Shown here in pieces: positions 29,152 through 41,399 of a stretch of 64,000 bases of DNA. Below the pieces are notes generated by a model, which was not told where the DNA came from, did no database searches, and worked only from the letters and a program-made list of their open reading frames with translations. Made by a program: the position numbers and the translations under genes. Each line of letters opens with the position of its first letter. Within the stretch, counting starts at the first letter, position 1. Source of the DNA: Dimorphilus gyrociliatus (taxonomy: Eukaryota > Animalia > Annelida); the NCBI GenBank assembly GCA_904063045.1, contig CAJFCJ010000012.1:620001-684000 (forward strand), read 5' to 3'.

Positions 29152-30875
29152 CAATATTTATCTTTGTATGTAACATACACCTCATATTTGTATTTATACT
29201 ATATACATATATACTGCAGTAGTCACATTTGATTTCTGTTTCTTTCCACCGTATATCATTACTATAATTAGCTTTGGCCTCATTTTCTACCTCCTATTAA
29301 CAAATATCATGCGCTCTGTGTCCTTGTCTTTTTATACCCCGATATGTATATTTCTTTCGTTATTATAAGCAGATTGTATGAAAGAAAAGGAGAAAGAAAG
29401 AAAGAAAAATGGGTAAATGTAAGAAAGAAAGGGAAAAATATAATAAATGATCAAAGTATGATAACTTTTGACCAATGATCGTTTGAGATATAGTAATAAT
29501 TATAGTATTTTCATTATAACAATACCGTTATTATGTTAATTTGATACGTCTGAAATGAATAGGAATGTATTCGTACATGCCGGTAATGAAAAGCTATCAA
29601 AATTTGCATATTTATAAAATTGGTTAGCCTTGTGGGCAATAGAAATTACTGTGCTTGTACAAATATAATTTACCTTGGGGATTGTCAATATGTATTATGT
29701 AACATGTATTACGCTGAAAATATTATATACATAGATGTAATATATAGAAACCTCTAGAGTTATACAACGTAGATAGGTGATATATAGAAATATATAGATG
29801 CCTTTTATATACGTATATACAAAATACAGTATATATCTATATATCTATATATATTATATATACGTATATGGCCTCATGCACATGTGCATATATTGTACAC
29901 AGTATACAGTATATACTATATATCTTTTAAATAAGGTACTAAATCTTTTGTTTACTTATTTGAAAACTTTGTTTGGCCATACTTTAAGCATTTATTAGAA
30001 TTAATTATCCTTTCTGGTTATTAATTTTTTCGCTTGATAATTTAATTTCCTTATTTATATTACGTAAAACGTTATTAATAGATATTACTCAAGTTTAATT
30101 CATATTACGAAATCCAATAGGCCTAAATGCAATACGAGGAAAATGGCCACCTGCTTTAAATCCGTAATTTGCATAGGAAAGACAATGCGCGAACCGCTTC
30201 TGTGTAAACCGTCTAATCGCGTTCAAGCCGCCTCGAGTTTCCATGACCTTTGACCCAAACACCGTGTTCTTTGTTGTATGAAATTGCGATTCAAGGAAAA
30301 GGAAAATTTCGGTGCCAGATTCCTTGCTTCTTATAAGGTGTTAATGAGTGAGTTTCAGAGACAAAGACTAAGAATAGCCCCCCTGAGGGCCTTTACCCCT
30401 TCTTTGATGTTATGAAGTAATCAAAAAGAGCCCGTTTAATATGGCCGGATGATCTAATAGACAAACTTTCAATCTGGTTCATAAAAAACTTAGATATTTT
30501 TGGTTCATTTAATTTTTTTCCCATATTATTAAATAAAGAAACTAACCATCGCTACAATCAGAAACGCTATTATCGTTAACTTTTTATGAAAAGTAAATTG
30601 TGAAGTTTATCTTAAGTAGGGAAATAAGAGAAGGGTTGCAACAAGTTTTTAGGTAAGTGCTGCAATTTTTTTTATAGAAGAGTAGCAACAGAAGGTGAAA
30701 AGCGTTCAATTTATTCATTCAATAACCTTTCTTATTAACGAAAAGAACTTAAATTCTATACAAAATTACCGAGGTGTGCTATATTGACGTTATGTACTTA
30801 ACTATAATTAAAAATACAGTTGAACGATCTCTCTATCTCTCTATTTCTCTGTTCTTCTCTTTCTATCTGTTACCA

Positions 30876-30900
30876 TCTCTCTCTCTCTCTCTCTCTCTCT
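30876..30900. repeat. (TC)n microsatellite
   Basis: About 12 TC units read directly. Confidence 0.95.
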
Positions 30901-33900
30901 ATCACTGTTTCGTTTACTTTTTTTTATCTAACTGTACCTCCAGATTCATTTTCTTTTCTGTTTCTTTTACATTTCTTCTAATCTCGCCCCTTTTGTATAC
31001 AACTTTCACCTCGAAAGAAAAAGAATTCCCCCCGTCACAGTTTGACAACAAACCAAGTCTACTTTAAGATAATCATCACTAAAGTAAAAATAAACAAACT
31101 CACTTTTAAAGTAACGATGCTATGAATCCTTTTTCTTCACGATAAGTAAATAATAGTGTACTACTATCAGAGCATTTTATTCACGAATAAACCTAAGCAT
31201 ATTCAACTTGACAAACTAAAGCTCCTCACCTGCAATCCATCGATTGCATGCCACGTGTCATTTTCAGGTGTTTTTCATCCCAAAAAGAAACAAACAAAAG
31301 TACCTTAATTACCAACAGACTTATCAATACAGCTACATGCATAAACACAGAGATCTCTCTGGAGTTTTGCACATATTCATAAAGTTCACTATGTCCCTAT
31401 AAATAAGGTAAGCTTTCGCTTTTTCTCAATACGCGACTAATCATAAATCTTAGAATCTTATAGTAACAGGTGTGCTTATTAAAATCGAACTGCTGTAGCA
31501 CACCTTGTCAGGTAAAAATCGAATGGAACACGTGCTTGAGAGGAACTTTTCGAATTTCGATGAAAATCACCTGTGTGAAATTTTTTGAGAATGATAATAA
31601 AGGAAAATTACTGATAAATTGAACAGGAAATATGAAAAAGCTTTAGGAAATTGTGAATTATTATGGATTCATTGTCTAAAGATAGTAATTATTATTATAT
31701 GTACCCGTTAGGTTGCCCGGTGGTATTAGAATCATTACGAAAATCTAGTACAAAGAACTAAAGTATAAGCATATATATTAATATATATACAGTATATTGC
31801 AATAATAATAACTTTTTATGTTTATTTTCTCCAATTTCTAGGAAATGTTAATAGATTTTTCATAAAAAACTCCTTGTTTCTTATTAATTATCAAATATCG
31901 GTAAATATTTGTTTAAAAGCTAAATGAAAACTGTTCACCAAACTGTTCAAATAATTTTAAAAGGCAACTGCAAACCTTAGAAAATAGAGTTAGCGCCCTC
32001 ATTGACAGAGTCAATAAGGGACAATAGGCTATACCCACTACTCTTGTACCCTTTAACACCCTAGAATTTTGTTTTCGAAACAAAATTCACTACTCTTTTT
32101 TGCCCAAAAGACGCTGGATAATTTAAATATAAAAGTAATATTATTTTGGAAGATATTAATCGTAGATAGCTCATTAATATTCATTATCTCGATACTCACT
32201 TCCTGCGTCTTTTCAAATATTATGTTTACGTAAAGGATCTGTATACAAGAACAATTAATCTAAACAATATTGCGCTTTATTATGTTTGTTCATGGAATTT
32301 TTCATAAAATATATTACAAATTCGTAAGTAAACAGTTGTTCCCTGGGGTTTTCTCTGTAAAATTAATTCTGTGTACCTACGCAAGCTCTGGATACAAAAA
32401 TCATTTGCAAAGCAAAGTGACACTGAAGTCTTAGGTAAACAGTTGTTCTCTTGTATTATACATCTTTTTACTTTTGCTTCTTTTTTATCTTCGTAATCGT
32501 CAATATAGTAATTTTTTATAAGAGAATCTTTCTTTTATTTAATAGATGGATTACGAAAAGAAAAACCTTTACCTTCTATTTAAATGTATTCTCTCTTTTT
32601 TCTTTTTCGAGTGGTCGTTTAAAAATAAATAAAAAAGAGGAAAAACCCAAAAGTTAACATTTTTGAAGGATATACTAGAACGTATTATAAAAATCATCAA
32701 TTGTTCTGTTCTGTATATTATTGTCCTGGGATACCTATACAGGTTTTAAGTATACACACTTGGCCTATTTATCTGACAGGCCTGGTGTGAATAAATGATA
32801 GCATGTATTTTTATATGTTAAACTAAGAATTGAAAGAAAATTTGTCCGTCTACTATTGAGAAATTTACCTTTATTCTTTATTATGATTAGGTAATTAGGT
32901 ATAAAAAGAAATTTAGTTAGCTTTGAAGTTATTGAAATAATTATCTTTACACGAGTTGCTTTTATGGTGCATATGCAATTTTAACAGATTAAATTATCCT
33001 ATAAAAAAAGAAGTGAGTTAAGAATAAGTACTTATAAATTGAAGGAAAAAGAGGTTGCAAATTGATCACGTAACAAAATCATAAAAGGAAAAGGGAGTTC
33101 AGTTATATATCTTGCATCCTAATGAATAGGTTTCAAATGCAAAATACACATCAATGTAATAAAAAGTTGATTGTGTAATAGTGTACATCAAAAAACTAAC
33201 GAGAGAGTTAGGCAAGCAATCCAACAGATATAACAGTTGAATACATTTCAACAATAGACATAGTTACTATAAATAAGTGGACGCCTGTATTATATCTTTT
33301 GTCAGTATCAGTGTAAACATAAACACAAACAAACATAACAACTGTTCAAAGCAAAGCTAGTTGTTTAATGGGAAAATAATTAGAAAAAGTGAAGGCGTAA
33401 CTAAACTCCAAACTTCTCTAAATGTCAAGGTGATAACAAAGGAATTATTCAACAACATCTGTCCACAAACAACTCACCAATTAAAATGGCGTTCTTCAAA
33501 AACATTCTAATGTAATATAATATAATATAACCGTGTAAAGTTTATTTTTTTCACTCATACCGTTTTTAATAAGTATTTTAAAGCTATTAGTCGTAATTAG
33601 TGATAATAAAGGAAACTATTGAATGAAAGAGTGGAGGAGGAAAGTACTTGTGTTATAGGGGCGAGCTTTGCGGGGGTAAAATAAAGAGAAGAGACGAGAA
33701 AAATCATCAAAATACTCTAAAAAGAGAAAGGAGAAGGTGAAGCTGTGCACAAAAAAAGCAAAGACCAAACAGTTAAGTCTCTAAGAAAAAAATGGCGCAG
33801 ATGCGTCCCGTGACACATCGAGGTCTCGTCATTTTTTCACCTGACCGCATAACGCCTTAAGTCGATCGAGCGGAAGGTTTACAAAGGAAGGCACGCGCCC

Positions 33901-36900
33901 GACAAATGGTTGAGAATAAACAAGTACAGAATCTTTAACAATAGACTATACTTTAATACTACATCGTGATTTATGCGCGTCGCTTCGGGGAAGGCACCTT
34001 GATCCTTCACACTTTTCAACTCGTAATAAATCAGTCTTTTAGAGGTAAAAAATAGAGAGAGAATGAAAGGGATGTAAAAAAGGAAATTAGAGATAAAAGA
34101 AAGTTTAACTTTGTATATGGCAATAATGAATTTCCAAGAAAATATGAAATGAGGATCGTGTTTGGGAGAATGTCTGTGTGTGGGAAAAAGATCGCGCGTG
34201 TCTGAAAATCCGCCATCTTGAGCTCACGTGTAAGGCATTTCACGCAAATATGGGTTTGTAAAGGGAGGGCACGTGAGTGAATATTGAAAAAACTGTAATT
34301 AGAATGACAAGAAGTTTGATTGAATAGAAAATTTTTGATGCGCCAACTAGCTCATTTTCCGATTATATTCATGCTCTTTTGAACGGTATATAATTTTCGG
34401 CATTACTGTCAACTAGCTATATCACGCAATCTTATCTTTCTGCAGCAATCTAGATAAGATATTGATAAGAATCTGTGTATAAAAATAAGATTTAGGGATG
34501 CGTGAAATCTCGCATAATTGCTGGAATAATTTGCCATTCTCAAACGCTTCATTTTCTCAATTTGCATTACAATGTCGTTGCTTATCACCTGGAATTATAT
34601 ATGGATATTTAATTATGTTGAACTTTTTCATGGAAAAAGCAGTCATTAAAGTGATGATGGAGGAGTCTGATGAAAGTAACGCCCCTTTTTGTCCCCGTGC
34701 AACATAGTAGGATATTAATACGGCTATTTAGAAAGTTAGTATATCATAAATTGAAATCCGTTGCAAAAAACACTGGAAGAAATGGGCGAAAATCGCTTTA
34801 AGCACTTATAAAGAACCCCTATCCTTTCCTATAAGATATTAATTTCTACTGTCCATAATCGATCCTTTTTTTATACTAACTGATAAATATTCTAAAGAAA
34901 TTTAATATCACTTTTACCTAGAATGACAGATGGTGTAATGGCAAAAAATCTTCTTTACGATCTCTCATTATAGCTAAATGGGCGGACATATTGAAATCTG
35001 CTCATTTTATAAAGAGGTAAGGTGGATATAATAATTTAATTTATCTTCTTTCATTACTTGAATAATCGACGCCGCTTGCGGGAATTCAAAATGGCGTTTA
35101 TTTCTTTTATATAAGAAAGTAATAAATATGAAATGCTCTATCTGTCTAAATCTGTGTTAAAGGTCAGAGTTACACTATCAATATTATTTTCCCCTAAATT
35201 ATATTTTAAAACTTCCCTCGAGCAATTAATGTTTTTTTGTTTAATTAAAAAAAAAAAGTGGGAATAAATTTTTTTTTGTCTTTGTTAACATTATTTCATT
35301 TTTCTTTTATATCTTGATAATACGCTAAAATAAATTATAAGTTAAAATTTCGACTAATTGAGTATAAAATTCCTTTTGTATACCCTTAGGCAATCGTTTA
35401 AATTTACCAATAGCCTTTAAGAAAGAGCAAGTTTTCGTGACGTAATTGTGACGTAATTAAGTTGACGGCATGATTGGCACATCCCGAACTCTACTGTCAT
35501 TAGCACCTGCTAAGTTGTTCCGCAGTAACATTCTCACGAACCCGTAATAGTATATGTATATAACGTTAAATTTAGTAGATAGAATATATATACTGTATAT
35601 ATCTTTTATATAAATTATATATAAAGATTTTAAAGGAGAAAGAAGAGATAAGCTGGTAGAAATTTCTCTACCTCGCTCCTTTCCTGTATCCCTCTTATAA
35701 ACACTTACTCACTCTCACTCCCTCCCTGCTTCCTCCTAAAAAGATTAATGATTCATCTTTTTAGTAGTTTTTCCTTTTTTGCATCCGTCCAAAATCAAAA
35801 AGAGGAATAATTTCGTTTATTAAAATAAATATATATATTAAAAAAAAAGAATGATTTTGTTCGTGCAATCTATAGTTCGTTTTCGTATAATCTAAGTACT
35901 TTTTATTCAGTAATAAGGAACGCTGATCTTCAAGAAGGATCACTTTTAGATACTACACTCTACGTACTTTTAATGAATGATGCCTGTATAGTTTATCTGG
36001 GGGAAAGGCAACGTTTCACCTGAAAAAGTGCGGGCTTTTGACATGAAACATACCACTGGATATACAAAGGTTTTCTTGTCTAACAAACCTTCCCATGAAC
36101 ATAGTTTGTGCAATTTTGTTACTACGCCTATAAGTATAGAATAAACGACAAATTACACCTAATTAACTGTACACAGTTAAGAGTAAACATTTAATTTGCT
36201 ATGAGCGTATTTTATTTTAGAAATAAACCAGGATATCATTTCCAGACCTCTTCCCAGTAAGTCTGTCTCTTTCCATAGCAAAAGTGCCGTTTATTTTGGT
36301 TTCTCACCGTTATGTAAGCTACTTAAGAAATAAACGACTAGAGGAAAATTGACAGTTTCTGTGTAATGAGATCGTCTTTCTTGTACCCCTCTTTCTCTTC
36401 CTGGTTTTTTTTCGTTACACTACAGCCCAGAGATTAGAAATTTTTCAAATCTTCCTATAACATCAATCTTTTTCCCTTAAGTGCGCATGCGTACCGCGAA
36501 TTTGTCTAACCATCCATAAAAAGCCAACAATACTAACCTATTATCTTCTACAGAGGAGCTTATAAATTTTCATTTAGTAGAGTTTTGTTTCGTAAAAGGA
36601 GTCTTTTACAGTCGATTTCCCAAAGCTACTTTTTGTTTGCAGTTGACTGCAAAGATAGCAATCGAAAGTAAATTATAAACGGGCAGAGACATCTACTGTA
36701 CATTGGACATCTAGGGGACAAAAATCAAATTTGTTACCATCGTAGTTAATTGATGAAAAGTAGGTTGAAAAACAATCGATCTGTTTGTTATTTATTATTT
36801 TTTATTGTTTGTACTTTTAACATTTTTTCAAACTCAAGTTTTTTGTAAGTTTGAATCATTTATCATCACTCTCTTTGTTGGTTATTGTATAAGCAAACAT

Positions 36901-37417
36901 TTCAAGTTAACAATAATATCTAGAGTGCAGTTGTGAAGGCTTATAAAAGAAAAAGATGATTGACGGAAAGATAGAAATAAAAGAAGTCAAACGAAAAAAG
37001 ATAAAGAGCAACAAATAAACAATACATTTATGCAACCACAAAATTTGATGGCATAATATCAACAATATGAAATAAAATTATTCCATTTCCAAAGAATTGT
37101 TAAAATTTACATCAAGTTAACAAACATATATATATATATATTTATTATTATTATTGATGATAATAATAAGACTTTATCATAAGATTCCTAATATATAGTT
37201 AAAGATAATCCATTCAAGAACATTTTATAGTGTACATTTTGAAATATAAAACAAAAGATATTATTTATCAATACTTTTTAAAAATGAATATAGAAATTTC
37301 AGTAAAAATAATAAAAATAAACTATGTCAAGTAAATTGTTGTTTGTATTTTTGTTTACTAATTTGGAATATAGTAAACTGAGTTTCCTTTGTAGCATTTC
37401 TATTATGAAATTTGCAT

Positions 37418-37959
37418 CTAACTCATCCACATTTCTCTAAAAATTGCTGGAAATTCAATATCGGGGTAATCAGAAACCATTTGTTTCTCTTCTGACCGAT
37501 ACATGTGGCCAACTGATCTCATTCTCGTCAGCAAACGAATAAGTTTTGCTATAATAATTGGTACTTCAGCCTTCGGATATCGCTTGAGGAGTAAATATTC
37601 CAAACATAGATATATACAGAATTGAGCATCGGAAATTCGGTTTGAAATGTGGATACTATATGAAAAACATCTATCTGATGATAACAAACATGAAGCTTTC
37701 AGCATACATTCTTCTTCTGTAGTCAGATTGAAAGATTTAAACTTCATACTTAACTGAAAGACACTTTCCAAATATTCTGGATTTTGAACCTTTTATGAAT
37801 GGTATATAAGTTTAATTATTCACAGCTTTAAACAAGAGAACTAGTATACCTTCATAACATCATCAATGTGTACAGTATGTCCACACGTTGTAGTATATAA
37901 ATATTTTTCATTATTAAAGCATTTGTAACTTGAAATTAACCAAATATCCCATTTTGAAT
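37418..37959 (-). CDS. Second nuclear-receptor LBD C-terminal half (alternative terminal exons)
   Basis: Exon 37959-37850 (phase-1 start; SKWDIWLISSYKCFNNEKYLYTTTCGHTVHIDDVMK), a 60-nt GT-AG intron, then exon 37789-37418 (VQNPEYLESVFQLSMKFKSFNLTTEEECMLKASCLLSSDR..FPAIFREMWMS*, AF-2-like end). Confidence 0.88.
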
Positions 37960-37987
37960 CTAGAAAGATAAAATAATGATTATAGTA

Positions 37988-37992
<5 letters not shown>

Positions 37993-38035
<43 letters not shown>

Positions 38036-38095
38036 TATGAAGAAATATTTAGTATATAGCAATATTTTTTTGAGAGAGAGAGAGAGAGAGAGAGA
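37993..38095. repeat. Compound (AT)n and (GA)n microsatellite between the two NR LBD modules
   Basis: (AT)~18 at 37993-38029 and (GA)~12 at 38072-38095. Confidence 0.95.
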
Positions 38096-38520
38096 AAACA
38101 GACAGACATAGAAAGAAAAAGAGAAATCCCAACTGATACATAGTTTTGCAGTATTTAATCAGCAACGTAATTTTTTTTTCATTAGTTAATAAAGAAAAAA
38201 AAATTGTATTTATGAATAAATTTGTACTAATAACTGAAAACTTTTTTGTTCGGGTTTAATGACGAAAAGAAAACGTAAACAAATAATAATAATAATAATA
38301 ACAAACAAAAGATAATTGATGCATTTTAGACTTAAAAAAAGTATAGAGATTATTTTCGTATTGTACTATTTGAACACGGAATTTTTGAAATATATATTGA
38401 TTTAAATGTAGTAATAAACTGTCTTACACTGAGTAGAATATACTTGCGACTATTTTAATAATAAATAATCATAGCAAGTTTCCACCACTTTCCCGCCCTC
38501 CCTTCCGTAATATAAGTTTG

Positions 38521-41301
38521 TCACTGATTGAATAGCAGAGGTCCTAAAATTTCACCCCATTTTAACTCTGGAAATAAGTTATCGAGCATATTTAGAGTTT
38601 TTTCACGGCTACAGTAGTAGTGAAGACAGCGAACAGGAGCTAATAATTGTAGGATATGAGCACTTCTCAATGGCTCGTTTGGTCGTTGTAACTTTGACAC
38701 GTACTCCAAACATTCAATGAAATTGCTTCTAATTTCACACACTTGATCCTTCTTTGAGAGTTGTAGATCATCTGTGAACGTTTCTGATTAGTTGTTTTCG
38801 TGTGGGTTTTTTGTTTGTTGTTGTTTTATAAGATTTTCTAATGTGAATTATGAGCAGTGTTAAATATTTTCTTTAATTGTTAATGTTATTGTTATAAGTC
38901 GGGGATTAGGGTTAGCTTATCTTCTTTAGGGAAAGGCGAGAAGATCTTTAATTAGCCAGGCAACGAGCCAAACTGATCTATGAGTAAAAAAAATTAAGAC
39001 GCGTTTGCTTTCAGTGTACAGTTAGCCTTTTTAGCATACTGTCGTGCTCAATTAGAGTAAAACGAGTTGAATATCAATTATGTTGCTTATCAAATTAATA
39101 TTCATTTCGTTTAGCTATGTAGCTATTTAATTGATATAATAAGTTATTACAAGTATGATTATCGATAGATGGCGTTCCCATAGACAGACAAAGCTGCGCC
39201 ATCTGACAACTGTCTTACTAGCGAGTATAAATAATAAAATAGTAGATACTAAGTGGGTTTTTGTGTTTGTGTTTAAAAATGATTAAAAAATCTTTGAAAA
39301 CCTGTGCCTATGACGAGAACTAGGCCAAGTAAAGTGCAGTTTTCTTCCACACTTAAGTCAAGTTTTATCAAATTTTTCAAAAATTTCATTCCCTCTTCCA
39401 TTGCTTCATCATCTTCAATTCTCCTTATTTCATCAATATCATAAGCTTCGTATGTACTAGGATCTAAGAATATAGTCAAATCCGCGTTAACCGAGTGTTT
39501 AGCATCAATCATCCAAGCAGCATACCAAGATGCTAAGGAAGAAGAGAAGGCAAGTTTTTTTTGGTTGTTTTTTTTTTCAGTTTCAAGTAGGGTAGTTTCA
39601 TATTTGTTTAAATCGAGATGGGACAGTACAAAAATAAAAGAAACATAGTTGTTGTACCTTTTTGATAGAATCAATCAGAATAATATAAATGAAGAATTTA
39701 AAATTTTACTTCACATAAAATTAATTTAAATCTTTATCAAATAAATACATTAATTACCTAATTTACACAACAAATATACCAGATTAATTAGTGAAATGAT
39801 TAAATAATATATTTTAATTATAATATTGTAAAATTTTTCACTGATAGCAGATTCGATCTCTCAGATACAAGATTCCGTCCCACCCGAAGTTATTTTAAGA
39901 AATAGAAAAACTTACTTTTAATTAAAGCTATCTGATCTTCTATAGGAAGTTCCTTAAATCCAGGTACGGCTTTAGCGAAATTAATGAATCTTTTTATTGC
40001 TAATTCTAATGATGGTAGCATGTGAGTTATCATTTCCCGTCTACCATCAACATCTATGCCAGTTGAATGATAAATTTGCATATATTCTTCTTTAGATAGA
40101 TTTTTTAAAGGTCCGAACATCTGTTCTTTTATTTGTCTGCGTTCCTGTTTTTACAACAATGGTCATTTCAATATATATGATATGTGGGAAATGATGGTAC
40201 ATTTATGTAAAATTATAATATTTTTATGCGACAGATGGATATTTACTTCATTAAGTTATAAAGGTATCAATAGACAGAGATATCTAAATGCTTTTCTTAT
40301 TATCTCTAATATATAAAAATAAATTTCAATACTAACAAGGTATCTTTCTTCTAATTCAGGTATTTTTTTGTAAAATTCAGCTGTATATGGTGTTTGTTGT
40401 AAATGAACAGCTGTAATTTGATTAACAATATTTTCAATTTGATCTTGTTTCAATTCTACTTGACGTTGAATTCTTTTTATTTCTTCTATATCTTTTGTTT
40501 TCTTTTCATGAGTGTAACGCCCCGTCTTGATAGCTGTTGAATAACAATAACAATATATATAAGACTACTTTGCTTATTTACTTATATCTAATCATTCTAT
40601 TTGAGGTTAATTTCTAGGTAACCTATTAAACCCTTGCAATAAATGCAATAAAGTTCGGTAAAGCCATCAAGTGTAAAGTGTATTTTCTCCTTTAATGAAT
40701 TCATATTTCAGATACGCAATCTAGATAAATCATTGATAAAGGACTATAATCAGAGTTTTTTAAGGTTATCTAAAACCTGAGCTAATACGGTGTCTTCGAT
40801 ATTTTAAACTCGTTGGGTACCTCTAAAATTCACTATTGAGCATAACTATATTAATGTTTATTGAGACAGCCTGTTCTTTCTGAGTAGACCAACTTTATCG
40901 ATTATTCTATAGCCACATTGAAAGTTACAATCAAGAGAGTTTTTTTAACTCTTCAGGAGGAAAAGGCAATGTCTCTTTATATTAATTAAATTTCCTTTAA
41001 TAATTTATTTTGAATTGTTTGAACAGAGAATAATCAAATTAAACAAACCGTCTTTTGACATTCCAACTCCGATGCATTTCTTATATCTACATGATGCACA
41101 TGAATTTCTATTTGTCAGTTCTATAACGCATTTTCCTTCATTCGAACACTTATAATCCTCCTTTCTATGTAGACTTCTTCTAAAAAATCCTTTGCAGGCT
41201 TCGCAAGTGTTTACCCCATAGTGAAATCCACTAGCTCTCTCACCACAGACTCTACAGGGAGGCAACAGAGGCTGAGGCACTGTCGCTACCTGTGACATCA
41301 T
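38521..41301 (-). CDS. Nuclear receptor, NR1-like lophotrochozoan clade (isoform with proximal LBD C-half)
   Basis: Exons 41301-41049 (DBD: CRVCGERASGFHYGVNTCEACKGFFRRS..CRYKKCIGVGMSKD), 40533-40337 (AIKTGRYTHEKK hinge), 40144-39916 (FINFAKAVPGFKELPIEDQIALIK LBD signature), 39532-39302 and 38783-38521, in frame. The 39302 donor is weak. Confidence 0.93.
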
Positions 41302-41387
41302 TCTACTGTTGACAATGCAAAAATGACTAAATTTATCTATGTTTATCTTATTGGTCGACAATATCGTACTGTTTTTTTTGCTCAAAT

Positions 41388-41399
41388 TGCGCATGCGCA
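41388..41399. promoter_or_regulatory. NRF1-type palindrome TGCGCATGCGCA in the nuclear receptor promoter
   Basis: Perfect NRF1/Ewg consensus 87 bp upstream of the NR ATG. Confidence 0.7.

Larger units (their letters stand above)
11200..36500. promoter_or_regulatory. Coding-free regulatory desert upstream of ZEB with CpG-rich motif islands
   Basis: No ORF with recognisable homology or convincing exon chain. GC/CpG-richer islands alternate with AT-rich spacers and carry GTTTGTCA, CAGGTG, RTCACGTGAY, TGACGTCA, AAGATGGCGG and AGGTCA motifs. Confidence 0.75.

Noticed and set aside
13621-30174. Octamer ATGCAAAT copies (13621, 14728, 23404, 24528, 28846, 29602, 30167)
   Set aside because: An AT-rich word with only modest excess over expectation, so not reported separately.
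11968-35943. Short ORFs in the desert (e.g. 12039, 15907, 17037, 21802, 27652, 34498)
   Set aside because: Low-complexity or biased composition, no domain signatures and no consistent splice chains.
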